The notes beneath the pieces are model-generated. The model was not told where the DNA came from and did no database searches. It was given only the letters and a program-made list of their open reading frames with translations. A program made the translations under genes and the position numbers. Source: a bacterium (GTDB taxonomy: Bacteria; UBA8248). From it: a DNA stretch of 64,000 nucleotides. Positions 48,403 through 58,791 of the stretch are shown piece after piece (the stretch's first letter is position 1; every line of letters begins with the position of its first letter). The stretch is from positions 2,272,001 through 2,336,000 of the forward strand of contig OZ253442.1 in NCBI GenBank assembly GCA_965261085.1, read 5' to 3'.

Positions 48403-49839
48403 CTAAGCAGGAGAAAGCGAGAGGCGGCGCGTGAAAGTATCTATCATTTCCCTGGCGGCGGGGGATATCTGTACTTCTCCCCCCTCGTAGATGGATGAAA
48501 CGCCCTCCAGCTTACAGAACGCTCCCCTCGGTTCTACTATGGTGCCTTTTGCCGGAGGAGAGCAAGTGACCAGCACTTCATCGGGGTCTTGAACGTTGCT
48601 TAGGCGATAACCTCTCCGGATGAACTCGGGGTTCCCCTTTTTGATGGTGTAGATTCCGGGTGTCAACGAATGGCCGATTCTCTTTCGTGAAGCACTCGTG
48701 TTTCGAATCAGAAGCTGGAAACCGGATAAATCCGGTCGGCTGAGGTCGGCGAGCAAATCCTGATGCGCGTCGAGAACGTCGCCCGGCTTCAAGAATTCGG
48801 CCAAATGCCAGTATGTGGTGGTGGACGTCGTGCTCTGGATTTCCTCGAGTTCGGTCATCAGTTGCGTGGTTCCCAGCACGCGCGGGTTGAGTTCTAAGGC
48901 GTAGGGTTCATCGTTGTGGACGATGAAATCGACGCCGTATATTCCCTGATAGCCCGCCTCGGCTATCCACTCTCCGATTTTCAGAGTGGCTTCCTCGATT
49001 TTCCGCCGACTTTCCCGGGAAACCTGCCGATACGCCGCATAGTCGCTTCCGGCGTAATCAAAACGGTGCATGGAGCAACCGGGAATTCCGGTGAACATCA
49101 CAGAAGGGTGGGACATCCAGGGTTTTCCGTTGCAAATCACCCCCGCCGCGCCGAGGGCGGGACCATCCAGGAACGTGCTCACGATCACGAGCACATCGGG
49201 CCCCAGTTTTTCGACGAGTTCATCGCGTTTATTCGCGAGCGCCTCGGATGAGTCGATGAGGTGCGTCTGGTTGCCGGATGAACCGATTCGCTCCGCGATA
49301 ATCATGACGGGGCCGAATTCTTCAAGCTGTCTGGCGCCGAGGTCGCCTAAGGCCACCACTTCGCCCGGGGGAACGCTGAACCCCGCTTCGATGGCCCGGC
49401 GCCGGAACTTCACCTTGTCGTCGAATCTCGTCTTGATTTCCACCGGATTCGCCAGGATGCGCAGCCTGCCCTTTGCCTCTTCGGCGAGTTTGTCCAGAAA
49501 TTCCGTGGAACGGTAGGGGATGATGTACTGGGGTTTATCCCCTTGTGAGAGATATTCACGAATTTGCGGCCCCAGCGTTCCTTCGTACGCCTCCACGAGT
49601 GATGAATGCGTCCACACGATTCGCTTTTTCTGTCCGCGTTCCACAGAGAAATAGCGCAGACGCTTGTCCCACTCGGGCCCGTCGAGCCCGTAATCGCAGG
49701 CGATGAGGAAATCGAGGGGGACGATGTTTTCCACGGTAATCGAATCGGTAGAGCGCAGTCCCTGAAAGCCGAATATCGAGCCTGCCGGAACGGCGGACAT
49801 CAACATCTCGCTAAAATCATCTCTTGTGTGATGAGGCAA
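48403..49839 (-). CDS. ATP-grasp ligase (possibly PGM1-like peptide/amide ligase)
   Basis: RFDDKVKFRR, GSSGNQT, YQGIYGVDFIV, ALELNPR; TTG start. Confidence 0.72.
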   Translation of the reverse strand: MPHHTRDDFSEMLMSAVPAGSIFGFQGLRSTDSITVENIVPLDFLIACDYGLDGPEWDKRLRYFSVERGQKKRIVWTHSSLVEAYEGTLGPQIREYLSQGDKPQYIIPYRSTEFLDKLAEEAKGRLRILANPVEIKTRFDDKVKFRRRAIEAGFSVPPGEVVALGDLGARQLEEFGPVMIIAERIGSSGNQTHLIDSSEALANKRDELVEKLGPDVLVIVSTFLDGPALGAAGVICNGKPWMSHPSVMFTGIPGCSMHRFDYAGSDYAAYRQVSRESRRKIEEATLKIGEWIAEAGYQGIYGVDFIVHNDEPYALELNPRVLGTTQLMTELEEIQSTTSTTTYWHLAEFLKPGDVLDAHQDLLADLSRPDLSGFQLLIRNTSASRKRIGHSLTPGIYTIKKGNPEFIRRGYRLSNVQDPDEVLVTCSPPAKGTIVEPRGAFCKLEGVSSIYEGGEVQISPAAREMIDTFTRRLSLSPA

Positions 49840-50057
49840 GGAAAGTGTTCCTTTATCGAGAATCAGTATGAATGCCCGGCCAGTGCCAAAATTAAAAAAC
49901 AGGCGATTCTAATTCGATTGCTTCGTGGATATCAACATAATTCGACGTTTCGGGAATAGCCGTTTCGCACCGGCGGCTTCTGCAACTCACCCCGCGCTAT
50001 GCTAGGATGTGTCCGTTTCACATCCCAAATACGTCAGTTGGAAGCGAGCGTTCGCGA

Positions 50058-50990
50058 ATGCCCGAAGAAACAGAAATGCCCGAATCGGCTTTTGATGTAG
50101 AAGAATACCCGATGATGTCGGAATCGGAACTTAGGTGGGCAAAATTTCGCCGAAGCATGAAACGCTCGAAACCGGCCATGCTCGGCGGCGTTTTTCTCAT
50201 CCTGCTCGTTGTCGTTTCTCTTTCCGCCCCGCTCATCGCGCCGCAAAACCCGCGGAATGTGGATGTGAACCTGCGCCTGAAGCCTCCTGTCTGGGTGGAA
50301 GGAGGAAGCGCGAGCTACCTGCTGGGAACCGACGCGCTGGGCCGGGACGTTTTGAGCCGGCTCATTTACGGGGGCCGCGTCTCTATTCTGGTGGGCTTGA
50401 GTTCGGTGGTGATTTCAGGGGTGATCGGTATCGTCCTGGGCCTCGTTTCGGGCTTTTTCGGCGGGAAAATAGACGATCTCATCAGCGGCTTTTCTGAAAT
50501 TCAACTGGCGTTTCCCTTCATTCTCCTGGCCATCACGATCATGGCGGTCATCGGGCCGGGTCTGCTCAACATCATCATCGTGCTGGGGATCAGCCGGTGG
50601 GTGGCGTACGGCCGCGTAGTCAGAGGCCAGGTCATCTCAATTAGGGAGCGCGAATTCGTGGAAGCCACACACGCTTTGGGCTACCCGCTGCACCGCATTT
50701 TGTTCATGCAGATATTGCCCAATACCTTATCTCCGCTGATCGTCATCGCCACCTTCTCCGTGGCGGGAAACATTATTTCCGAATCTTCGCTGAGTTTTCT
50801 GGGGCTCGGTGTTCCGCCTTCGGTCGTTACCTGGGGGGGCATGTTGTCCGATGGACGCGAATATCTGCGGGGCGGCTGGTGGATGGCGACTTTTCCAGGT
50901 CTCGCCATCATGGCGACGGTTCTAAGCGTCAACCTCATCGGCGACTGGCTGCGGGACTACATGGACCCCCGCCTCGGCGATGATATGTAG
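50058..50990 (+). CDS. Dipeptide/oligopeptide ABC transporter permease (DppC-like)
   Basis: LLGTDALGRDVLSR, EREFVEAT EAA loop, LSFLGLG, GDWLRDYMDPR. Confidence 0.92.
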   Translation: MPEETEMPESAFDVEEYPMMSESELRWAKFRRSMKRSKPAMLGGVFLILLVVVSLSAPLIAPQNPRNVDVNLRLKPPVWVEGGSASYLLGTDALGRDVLSRLIYGGRVSILVGLSSVVISGVIGIVLGLVSGFFGGKIDDLISGFSEIQLAFPFILLAITIMAVIGPGLLNIIIVLGISRWVAYGRVVRGQVISIREREFVEATHALGYPLHRILFMQILPNTLSPLIVIATFSVAGNIISESSLSFLGLGVPPSVVTWGGMLSDGREYLRGGWWMATFPGLAIMATVLSVNLIGDWLRDYMDPRLGDDM

Positions 50991-51021
50991 TCAATTTCAG
51001 TTTTCTGAAGGGAATTTGTGC

Positions 51022-52569
51022 ATGAAGAGGCTCCTGCTCGGTGGAATTTGCCTGTTGCTTTTAGGGCTCGCCGCCTGCGGCCGCGAAGCGAAAAAGGGGC
51101 CCTTTACGGTCCTCCTCTCGGTGGAGGCCAATACGCTCGATCCCCATTTCGCTACCGCCACCATCGAGTGGAGCATCTTGATGAACATGTTCGACCCTCT
51201 CATCGAGCGGCGTGACGACATGCGGCTTGCGCCTGCGTTGGCCGAGCGCTGGGAGGTGGACAAGACGAAAAAAATCTGGACGTTTCATCTCCGCAAGGGG
51301 GTGAAGTTTCATAACGGCGAGCCATTCGACTCAGAATCCGTGCGATACACGTTCGAGCGCATGCGCGACAAGAAGCTCAAGCCCCGCATCACGGTTTACC
51401 GGCGGATTTTCCTGGACAGGATAGAAAAAGTGGATTCCCACACCGTGAAGATTCACACCAGGCGCCCGGTCGCCACCCTGCCGGTGTGGATGGTGAACGC
51501 TTTCATGCTGCCGCCCAAGTATTACTCATCGACCTCGCCCAAGGAACTGTTGAAGAAACCCGTCGGCACGGGGCCCTACAAGCTGGTGAAATGGATTAAG
51601 GACGACCGCATCGAGATGGAGGCCAACAAGGGCTGGTGGCGGGGTGAGCCTGCAATCGATGAGGTGGTCTGGCGGCCGGTGTCCGAGGCTTCGGCCCGCA
51701 TTGGGGAGCTGGAGACGGGCGGGGCCGACGTCATCGTGAACATCTCGCCCGATCAGTCGAAAACCATCTTGGCGAGGGGAGAAGGTCTCCAGCTCAAGGG
51801 GGCTCGGGGAGGACGCAGGATTTATCTGGGGATTCGCACGGACCATGGGGTGCTGGGCGATGCGCGCGTCCGCCGGGCGCTGAACCACGCGGTTGATTTC
51901 GGAGCCATCGTCAAGAACGTGTTTTTGGGTCATGGCTCGCGGATGAGGAGCATCGTGAACGCCCCGAACGCCGACCCGAACATGAAGGCCTACGCCTACG
52001 ATCCCCAAAAGGCGAAAGCGCTCCTCGCCGAGGCCGGTCTCAAGGACACGAATGGGGACGGTGTTTTGGAGGCGAATGGTGAGCCATTTGAACTGAAACT
52101 TGAAGTTCCTGCCTCCAGGTACTTGAAAGGTAAGGAGATGTCGGAATTCATAGCGGCTTATTTCCGCGTCGTGGGAGTTCGGGTGGAGGTCATTCCCCTG
52201 GAGTGGTCCGTTTTCCTCGCTAGAAGAAGAAAAAAGACGCTGGCGTCCTTGTATTTTCACGGGTTCAGTTCCGCTTTCAACGAGGAACTCGATTTGGGCG
52301 TGCTGCGTCCCAACCTTTTCGCTAATCTCACCGCCTGGAAAAACCGGGAGTTTGTGGAAAACTATAAGAAGCTCGGCCAGGCGTTCGACCCCGATGAGCG
52401 CAGGCGGATCAGCTACCGGATGCAGCGCATCGTTCATGAGGAAAGCCCTTGGGTGTTTTTATGGAACCAGTATGATTTTTTCGGCCTGAGCGCCAGAACG
52501 CAGTGGACTCCCAGGCCGGATGAGAGAATCTACCTGCCCGCGATTCGGTTGAAAGAAGCGAAACAATAA
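51022..52569 (+). CDS. Peptide ABC transporter substrate-binding lipoprotein (family 5)
   Basis: Lipobox LAAC, PALAERW, LRKGVKFHNG, PVGTGPY, RVRRALNHAVD. Confidence 0.92.
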   Translation: MKRLLLGGICLLLLGLAACGREAKKGPFTVLLSVEANTLDPHFATATIEWSILMNMFDPLIERRDDMRLAPALAERWEVDKTKKIWTFHLRKGVKFHNGEPFDSESVRYTFERMRDKKLKPRITVYRRIFLDRIEKVDSHTVKIHTRRPVATLPVWMVNAFMLPPKYYSSTSPKELLKKPVGTGPYKLVKWIKDDRIEMEANKGWWRGEPAIDEVVWRPVSEASARIGELETGGADVIVNISPDQSKTILARGEGLQLKGARGGRRIYLGIRTDHGVLGDARVRRALNHAVDFGAIVKNVFLGHGSRMRSIVNAPNADPNMKAYAYDPQKAKALLAEAGLKDTNGDGVLEANGEPFELKLEVPASRYLKGKEMSEFIAAYFRVVGVRVEVIPLEWSVFLARRRKKTLASLYFHGFSSAFNEELDLGVLRPNLFANLTAWKNREFVENYKKLGQAFDPDERRRISYRMQRIVHEESPWVFLWNQYDFFGLSARTQWTPRPDERIYLPAIRLKEAKQ

Positions 52570-52570
52570 G

Positions 52571-53488
52571 ATGGGCGCTTATCTTTTCAGAAGAGTCATC
52601 CGGGCCGTTGTTGTCGTGGCCGGCGTGAGTTTCATATCGTTCTCCGTCTTGTTCCTATCGGGCGACCCGACGGACACCATGGTGGGCGAGGACTGGACGG
52701 TTCAGGAGGTGAAGCAACTACGCCAGGACATGGGACTGGACAAGCCCTGGTTCGTGCAATACGGGCGATACGTGGGCAGGGCCGTGCAGGGTGATTTCGG
52801 GGAAAGCCTGCGCTATCGCCAGCCCGCGTTCGAACTCATCATGGAGCGTCTGCCCGCGACTCTGGAACTCGCCCTCGTGGCGCTCGTTCTATCGATTATC
52901 CTGGCGTTTCCGGTGGGGGTCGTCAGCGCGACGCAGCGCGGTTCTCCGTATGATCATGGGGGAATGCTTTTCGCGCTACTGGGACAATCCATGCCCGTTT
53001 TCTGGCTCGGCCTGATGCTGATCCTCGTTTTCGGGGTGAGTCTGAGGTGGCTGCCGGTCAGCGGAAGAGGCGGCTGGGAGCATCTCATATTGCCCGCCAT
53101 CGCGCTTTCCACGTATTCAATCGCCAGGAACACGCGGGTGGTCAGAAGCTCCATGCTGGAAGTCCTGCGCCATGAATACGTGAAGACCGCCCGAGCGAAG
53201 GGGCTCTCCGAATGGGTCGTCATCAACCTGCACGTGCTCAGAAACTCCATGATTCCGGTGATTACGATAATCGGCTTGGAATTCGGGCACCTGCTCGGTG
53301 GGGCTGTGATCGTCGAGACGATTTTCTCTTGGCCGGGCGTGGGGAGGCTCCTGATTCAGGCCGTCTACGCCAAGGATTTCCCCCTGGTGCAGGCTTCGGT
53401 GACCATCACCGCCCTGATATTCGTTTCTTTGAACCTGATTGTTGATCTGATGTATTCCGTCCTGGATCCCAGGGTCAGACTCCATTGA
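52571..53488 (+). CDS. Peptide ABC transporter permease (DppB-like)
   Basis: GLDKPWFVQY, RLPATLEL, PVFWLG, EYVKTARAKGL, ETIFSWPGVG. Confidence 0.92.
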   Translation: MGAYLFRRVIRAVVVVAGVSFISFSVLFLSGDPTDTMVGEDWTVQEVKQLRQDMGLDKPWFVQYGRYVGRAVQGDFGESLRYRQPAFELIMERLPATLELALVALVLSIILAFPVGVVSATQRGSPYDHGGMLFALLGQSMPVFWLGLMLILVFGVSLRWLPVSGRGGWEHLILPAIALSTYSIARNTRVVRSSMLEVLRHEYVKTARAKGLSEWVVINLHVLRNSMIPVITIIGLEFGHLLGGAVIVETIFSWPGVGRLLIQAVYAKDFPLVQASVTITALIFVSLNLIVDLMYSVLDPRVRLH

Positions 53489-54423
53489 GCCGGACCGCCT
53501 ATTTCTGGACGCCAGAATCGCTCCTGCACGACAACGGCCGCCATGTGGAGAACGTAGAGCGCGCCAGACGCCTCACGCCCGAGAGAATCGTCGCGCAAGT
53601 CCCGTCGGTCAGGCACATGGAGATTACGCCCCACGACGCCCGGGAGTGGGTACTGAGGGTGCACGAGGAATCACACCACCGCTTCGTGCGCGAGGCGTGT
53701 GAGAGTGGCGGGTGCATTCTGGATGGCGGCGATACGCAAGCCGGTCCCGGAAGCTATGAGGCCGCTCTCGCCGCCGTGGATGCCGCCCTGAGCGCAGCGG
53801 ACGCCGTCGTGGCCGGGGAGGTGGACAACGCCTTTTGCGCCGCAAGGCCGCCCGGCCACCACGCCTTGCCCTCTCAATCGATGGGGTTTTGCCTGTTCGC
53901 CACGGTATCCATCCTGGTTCGGTATCTGCAGGAAAAACATGGCTTCAAGAAAATTGCCGTGGTGGATTGGGACGTGCATCACGGAAACGGCACGCAGCAT
54001 ATCTTCTGGCGCGATCCGGACGTGTTTTTCGTCTCCTTGCATCAACATCCCCACTATCCCGGCACGGGTCTTTCAAACGAGACGGGAGAAGGTGCCGGCC
54101 AAGGGAAGACGCTGAACATTCCCGTCGCGGCGGGAACGCCTGAAGAGGAATATCTCCTGAAATTTCAGGAAAGCGTCATCCCCGCCGTCGAGGCGCACGG
54201 GCCGGAGGCAATTGTCGTATCAGCGGGTTTCGACGCGCACCGAGACGACCCGCTCGGGGGGCTGATGATCACCGAAGCCGGGTTCGCCCGCCTGACCGGA
54301 TGGGTGAAGACGCTTGCCGGGAACCTGTGCGAGGGGCGTCTCATCAGCCTGCTCGAGGGCGGATATAATCTCGACGCCCTGGAGCGTTCCGTCGTAGCCC
54401 ACTTGCAAGAACTCTCGGCGTAG
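53485..54423 (+). CDS. Zn-dependent histone-deacetylase-family amidohydrolase
   Basis: RPPGHHA, GFC, DWDVHHGNGTQ, SAGFDAH, LEGGY; TTGA overlap with the permease. Confidence 0.92.
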   Translation: MSRTAYFWTPESLLHDNGRHVENVERARRLTPERIVAQVPSVRHMEITPHDAREWVLRVHEESHHRFVREACESGGCILDGGDTQAGPGSYEAALAAVDAALSAADAVVAGEVDNAFCAARPPGHHALPSQSMGFCLFATVSILVRYLQEKHGFKKIAVVDWDVHHGNGTQHIFWRDPDVFFVSLHQHPHYPGTGLSNETGEGAGQGKTLNIPVAAGTPEEEYLLKFQESVIPAVEAHGPEAIVVSAGFDAHRDDPLGGLMITEAGFARLTGWVKTLAGNLCEGRLISLLEGGYNLDALERSVVAHLQELSA

Positions 54424-54460
54424 TGGATTTTCAGCATGACTACATAAAAAGTCCGAAAAA

Positions 54461-54480
54461 TTAGTTGACTAACTAACTAA
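54461..54480. promoter_or_regulatory. Putative TetR operator overlapping a -35-like element
   Basis: TTAGTTGACTAACTAACTAA contains the inverted repeats TTAGT/ACTAA and TTAGTT/AACTAA and includes TTGACT, in an AT-rich patch upstream of the TetR gene. Confidence 0.5.
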
Positions 54481-54561
54481 AAAGATTTATCTATACATTG
54501 TGAGTTGATTTCTGAGTATTCTTCGAAACAGATGGGTGTTCAACTTGAAGAGGGAAGGGTG

Positions 54562-55185
54562 ATGGAAACAGCGACGGCGACCCCCAAGGCGTCCGCGACG
54601 AAACGGAAAATCATAGAAGCGGCCGCAAGGCTCGTTTACCGCAAAGGCTTTCACGCCACCTCGCTGGATATGGTGGCGCAGGCCGCTCAGGTGAACCGGG
54701 GGAGCCTGTATTATTTCTTCCGCTCCAAGAAGAACCTGGGGCTTGCCGTCATCGATCACTACGAATCTCTCCTTCATCAAAACTACCTCTCTCCCTCGTT
54801 TGGTGCACAAGAGAAGGGGCGTGAGAAAATAAGGCGTCTCGCGGAATCCTACGCCCTCATGCCGATGCAGGATTCTCCGTGCTGCGGATGTCCCATCGGG
54901 AACCTGTCGCTGGAGCTCAGCGCCCTGGATGAGCAGATGCGCCTGCGGCTCAAAGGGGTTTGGGAGAAAGTTTTCGAGAAAATCGCAGGCGTCCTGGCGC
55001 AGTCGCAGGACGAAGGGGATATTCCCGGAGATGTCGACCCGCTTGTACATGCGCGTTCTTTTTTCTCACAGATTCAGGGTGCGCATATTATTGCGAGGTG
55101 TTCGCAGGATGAGGGAGCTTTGCGAGAAGACTGCGAGCGTGCTTTCATGAGTCTGCCCTGGGCTAAGGACGGGGAGTCGGAATGA
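54562..55185 (+). CDS. TetR/AcrR family regulator (NemR/ComR-like)
   Basis: KGFHATSLDMVAQAAQVNRGSLYYFFRSK HTH; CCGCPIGNL in the ligand-binding domain. Confidence 0.9.
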   Translation: METATATPKASATKRKIIEAAARLVYRKGFHATSLDMVAQAAQVNRGSLYYFFRSKKNLGLAVIDHYESLLHQNYLSPSFGAQEKGREKIRRLAESYALMPMQDSPCCGCPIGNLSLELSALDEQMRLRLKGVWEKVFEKIAGVLAQSQDEGDIPGDVDPLVHARSFFSQIQGAHIIARCSQDEGALREDCERAFMSLPWAKDGESE

Positions 55186-56330
55186 ACGGGGGAGATCACG
55201 AATTCAGAGGCGGAAGCCCCGTGCATTCCCGCAGATGGCGATGGATTGTCTGGTGCGTTTTTTTGCTGGGCGCCGCCCTCGCGTGGCTGTTCGCAGAGCG
55301 CTATTTTGGTGGCGTGCACGATCCGGACGCCGTGCCCCGCGTCGTCACCCCGCGTGGCGACCTCGCCGCCGAGGAAAAATCCAACATAGAGCTTTTCCGC
55401 CTCTCCTCTCCGTCGGTGGTCTATATCACGAGGCTGGCGATGAGGCGCGACAGGTTCAGCCTCAACATGTTCGAGATTCCCCAGGGCACGGGTTCGGGCT
55501 TCGTTTGGAATAATCTGGGGCACATCATCACGAACTTTCACGTCGTTCAGGGGACGAGTTCCCTGCGCGTCACCCTGGCGGATAACTCCGAGTGGGATGC
55601 GCGCGTGGTGGGGGTATCGCCGGATCAGGATTTGGCGGTGTTGTTCATCAATGCGCCGAGAACCCGCCTCAAACCGATCGCCATCGGCCAGTCCGCCAAT
55701 CTGCAAGTGGGCCAGAGGGTGTTCGCCATCGGCAATCCCTTCGGGCTGGACCAGACGCTCACGACGGGGATCATCAGCGCTCTGGGGCGCGAGATAGACG
55801 GCGTATCGGGCCGCAAGATCAGCGGCGTCATCCAGACTGACGCGGCGATCAATCCGGGCAATTCCGGGGGGCCTCTCCTGGACAGCGCAGGTCGTCTGAT
55901 AGGCGTCAACACCGCTATTTTCAGCCCCTCCGGTTCCAATGCGGGGATAGGTTTCGCGGTTCCCGTGGATACCGTGAACAGGGTGGCGCCTCAACTGATT
56001 CGTCATGGCCGCGTTATCAGGCCCGGGCTCGGCATTCACGTGGCCGACAGGGGAACTGCGGAGCGGCTCGGAATAAAGGGGGTGTTGATCATTCGCGTGC
56101 AAAAAGGCAGCGTTGCTGAAGCCGCGGGGTTGCGCGGCACGGGAAGAGGCCAGCGAGGCAAACTCGTGCTGGGGGACGTAATTGTCGGCGTGGTGGAGCG
56201 CTCCATCACCTCGATCGATGACCTGTTGGACGCGCTCGATGCGCATAAGGTGGGCGACGTCGTGGAAGTTCACCTGACGCGCGACGGGACCCGGATGAGC
56301 GTGAACATAAAACTTCAAGCCTTGAGTTAG
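55182..56330 (+). CDS. HtrA/DegP-like serine protease with one PDZ domain
   Basis: TM anchor; GTGSGF, TNFHVV, DLAVL, QTDAAINPGNSGGPL, PDZ domain; ATGA overlap with TetR. Confidence 0.93.
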   Translation: MNGGDHEFRGGSPVHSRRWRWIVWCVFLLGAALAWLFAERYFGGVHDPDAVPRVVTPRGDLAAEEKSNIELFRLSSPSVVYITRLAMRRDRFSLNMFEIPQGTGSGFVWNNLGHIITNFHVVQGTSSLRVTLADNSEWDARVVGVSPDQDLAVLFINAPRTRLKPIAIGQSANLQVGQRVFAIGNPFGLDQTLTTGIISALGREIDGVSGRKISGVIQTDAAINPGNSGGPLLDSAGRLIGVNTAIFSPSGSNAGIGFAVPVDTVNRVAPQLIRHGRVIRPGLGIHVADRGTAERLGIKGVLIIRVQKGSVAEAAGLRGTGRGQRGKLVLGDVIVGVVERSITSIDDLLDALDAHKVGDVVEVHLTRDGTRMSVNIKLQALS

Positions 56331-56339
56331 GGGTGTGAA

Positions 56340-58736
56340 ATGTCGATAAATTCGATCCCTGAAACGCTGGATATTCCGGTCGAGGGCATGTCGTGCGCTG
56401 CGTGTTCCGCCAGGCTGGAAAAACGACTCGGCGCGCTCGATGGCGTGCTGCGCGTCAATGTGAATTTGGCTCTGGCGCGCGCGCAGGTCGAGTTCATTCC
56501 CGCCCAGGTGACGCCCGCCGATATCACCAAAAGGGTCCAAAAAACGGGGTTCCGCGTTCCGCATTCTCACGTCGAGTTCACGATAGAAGGGGTGGAGGAC
56601 GAAGAGGATGCCGCGCGTCTGGAGAGTGAATTACACGAATTCGATGGTGTCATATCCGCCGGCGTGGACTTTGCGAGGGGCAGTGGCCGTGTCGTGTTCC
56701 AGATGGCCATCGTTCGCGCCGATGAGATTTTTGATTATTTGGCCAAGGCGGAGTATTCGGCTCGTCCCGTGATGGATGAAGAGCAGGATACGGAAAAACT
56801 AAAGCGCGAGCGCGAGTTCAGAAAAAGTGTGCGTCTTCTGATCTTCTCTGCGGTTTTATCCGCACCGCTTCTCTTCCAGATGGCGGGCATGCTCCCGGGC
56901 GCAGGGGGTTGGGAATTACCGAGGTGGTGGCAATTCGCCCTCGCAACGCCCGTGCAGTTCATCGTGGGCCGGCGGTTTTACCGGGGGGCGTATCATTCGC
57001 TCATGGGCGGCGGCGCGAACATGGACGTTCTCGTCGCCCTGGGCACGAGCGCGGCGTGGCTGCATAGCAGCGTGGTGACCCTGTGGGGCTTGAGCGGTCA
57101 TCACGTGTATTTCGAGGCGTCCGCGATTCTGATCACGCTCATCGTGCTCGGAAAAGTGCTCGAAGAGCGAGCCATGGGGCGAACTTCAGAAGCCATCAAG
57201 AAGCTCATCGGGCTCCAGGCCAAGACGGCGCGGGTGCTCCGCGACGGGGAAGAGCGCGAGGTTCCCGTAGAGCAAGTTCAGGTTGGCGACGTCGTGATGG
57301 TGCGCCCGGGTGAGAAATACCCCGTGGACGGGCTCATCATCGAGGGCGCGACTTCCGTGGATGAATCCATGCTGACGGGCGAGAGCGTTCCCGTGGCGAA
57401 AGGCGTGGGAGACGCCGTTACCGGAGCCACGCTCAACATCGACGGTGCGGTGCGGTTCCGCGTCACGAAAGTGGGCAAGGAAACGGCGTTGGCCCAGATA
57501 ATTCGCATGGTGGAGCAGGCCCAGGGCTCCAAGGCGCCGATCCAGCGCACCGCGGACAGGATTTCGGGCATTTTCGTGCCCATCGTGCTGGGAATCGCCT
57601 TCGTTACATACGCTCTCTGGGACGCCGTGGGGCCGTTTACGCCCGCGCTCATCAACGCCGTCGCCGTTTTGGTTATCGCGTGTCCGTGCGCACTGGGTCT
57701 CGCGACACCTACGGCCATCATGGTGGGTACGGGAAAGGGGGCCGAAGCCGGCATTCTCATCAAAGGCGGCGAGTCCCTGGAAACGGCGCATAAGCTGGAC
57801 GTCATCATTTTGGATAAAACGGGCACGCTGACAAAGGGAACCCCCGTGGTGACCGATATCTTGCCGCTCAATGGGTTGCCGGAAGGGGAATTGCTCCGGA
57901 TCGCGGCAAGCGCGGAACGAGGCTCGGAACACCCTTTGGGCAAATCGATAGTGAATGAAGCTGAAGCGCGCGGCCTGGAATTGTTCGAGATGCGTGATTT
58001 CCGGGCCTACCCGGGGCATGGGCTAAAAGCGGAAGTAGGGGGACGAAAAATCTACCTGGGCAACGAAAAGCACATGGCGGAGCATGGCGTGAGCACGCCT
58101 CCTCACATCGATGAGATACGAAATCTCGAGTCTCAAGGGAAAACCGTCGTGCTCATCGCCGATGTGGAAGGCTTGCTGGGCGCCATAGGCGTCGCCGATA
58201 CCCTGAAGGAGAACTCGGCAGAGGCGGTCGAATCGCTCCAGCGTATGGGAATCGAGGTCTACATGATGACGGGCGACAACGAGCGAACGGCGCAAGCCAT
58301 GGCGGCGCAGGCGGGAGTCCGCCACGTCATGGCGGGCGTGATGCCGGATGAAAAGGCGGCCATGGTGGAGGAACTCAGGCGAGGCGGCAAAAAGGTGGGC
58401 ATGGTGGGCGACGGCATCAACGACGCTCCGGCATTGGCCGCCGCGGACGTGGGATTCGCGATCGGCACGGGGACGGACATCGCAATGGAGGCATCGGATA
58501 TCACGCTGATGCAGGGTGATCTGATGGGTGTCGTGGCGGGGATCCACCTCTCGAAGACCGTGATGCGGAAAATACGCCAGAATCTATTCTGGGCGTTTTT
58601 CTATAACATTCTCGGCATACCCCTGGCGGCGTTCGGGTTCTTAAGCCCCATTATAGCGGGAGCGGCCATGGCGTTCAGTTCCGTATCCGTCGTGTCGAAC
58701 ACCTTGTTGTTGCGAAAATGGAAGCCTGTTCATTAG
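56340..58736 (+). CDS. copA: Cu(I)-translocating P1B-type ATPase
   Basis: GMSCAAC, TGES, CPC, DKTGTLT, SEHP, GDGIND, YN, MAFSS. Confidence 0.95.
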   Translation: MSINSIPETLDIPVEGMSCAACSARLEKRLGALDGVLRVNVNLALARAQVEFIPAQVTPADITKRVQKTGFRVPHSHVEFTIEGVEDEEDAARLESELHEFDGVISAGVDFARGSGRVVFQMAIVRADEIFDYLAKAEYSARPVMDEEQDTEKLKREREFRKSVRLLIFSAVLSAPLLFQMAGMLPGAGGWELPRWWQFALATPVQFIVGRRFYRGAYHSLMGGGANMDVLVALGTSAAWLHSSVVTLWGLSGHHVYFEASAILITLIVLGKVLEERAMGRTSEAIKKLIGLQAKTARVLRDGEEREVPVEQVQVGDVVMVRPGEKYPVDGLIIEGATSVDESMLTGESVPVAKGVGDAVTGATLNIDGAVRFRVTKVGKETALAQIIRMVEQAQGSKAPIQRTADRISGIFVPIVLGIAFVTYALWDAVGPFTPALINAVAVLVIACPCALGLATPTAIMVGTGKGAEAGILIKGGESLETAHKLDVIILDKTGTLTKGTPVVTDILPLNGLPEGELLRIAASAERGSEHPLGKSIVNEAEARGLELFEMRDFRAYPGHGLKAEVGGRKIYLGNEKHMAEHGVSTPPHIDEIRNLESQGKTVVLIADVEGLLGAIGVADTLKENSAEAVESLQRMGIEVYMMTGDNERTAQAMAAQAGVRHVMAGVMPDEKAAMVEELRRGGKKVGMVGDGINDAPALAAADVGFAIGTGTDIAMEASDITLMQGDLMGVVAGIHLSKTVMRKIRQNLFWAFFYNILGIPLAAFGFLSPIIAGAAMAFSSVSVVSNTLLLRKWKPVH

Positions 58737-58791
58737 AAGGCGTGGGCTGGATTCGGCCTGTCGACTCGATTATTCATCGGAGAGGTATCAA

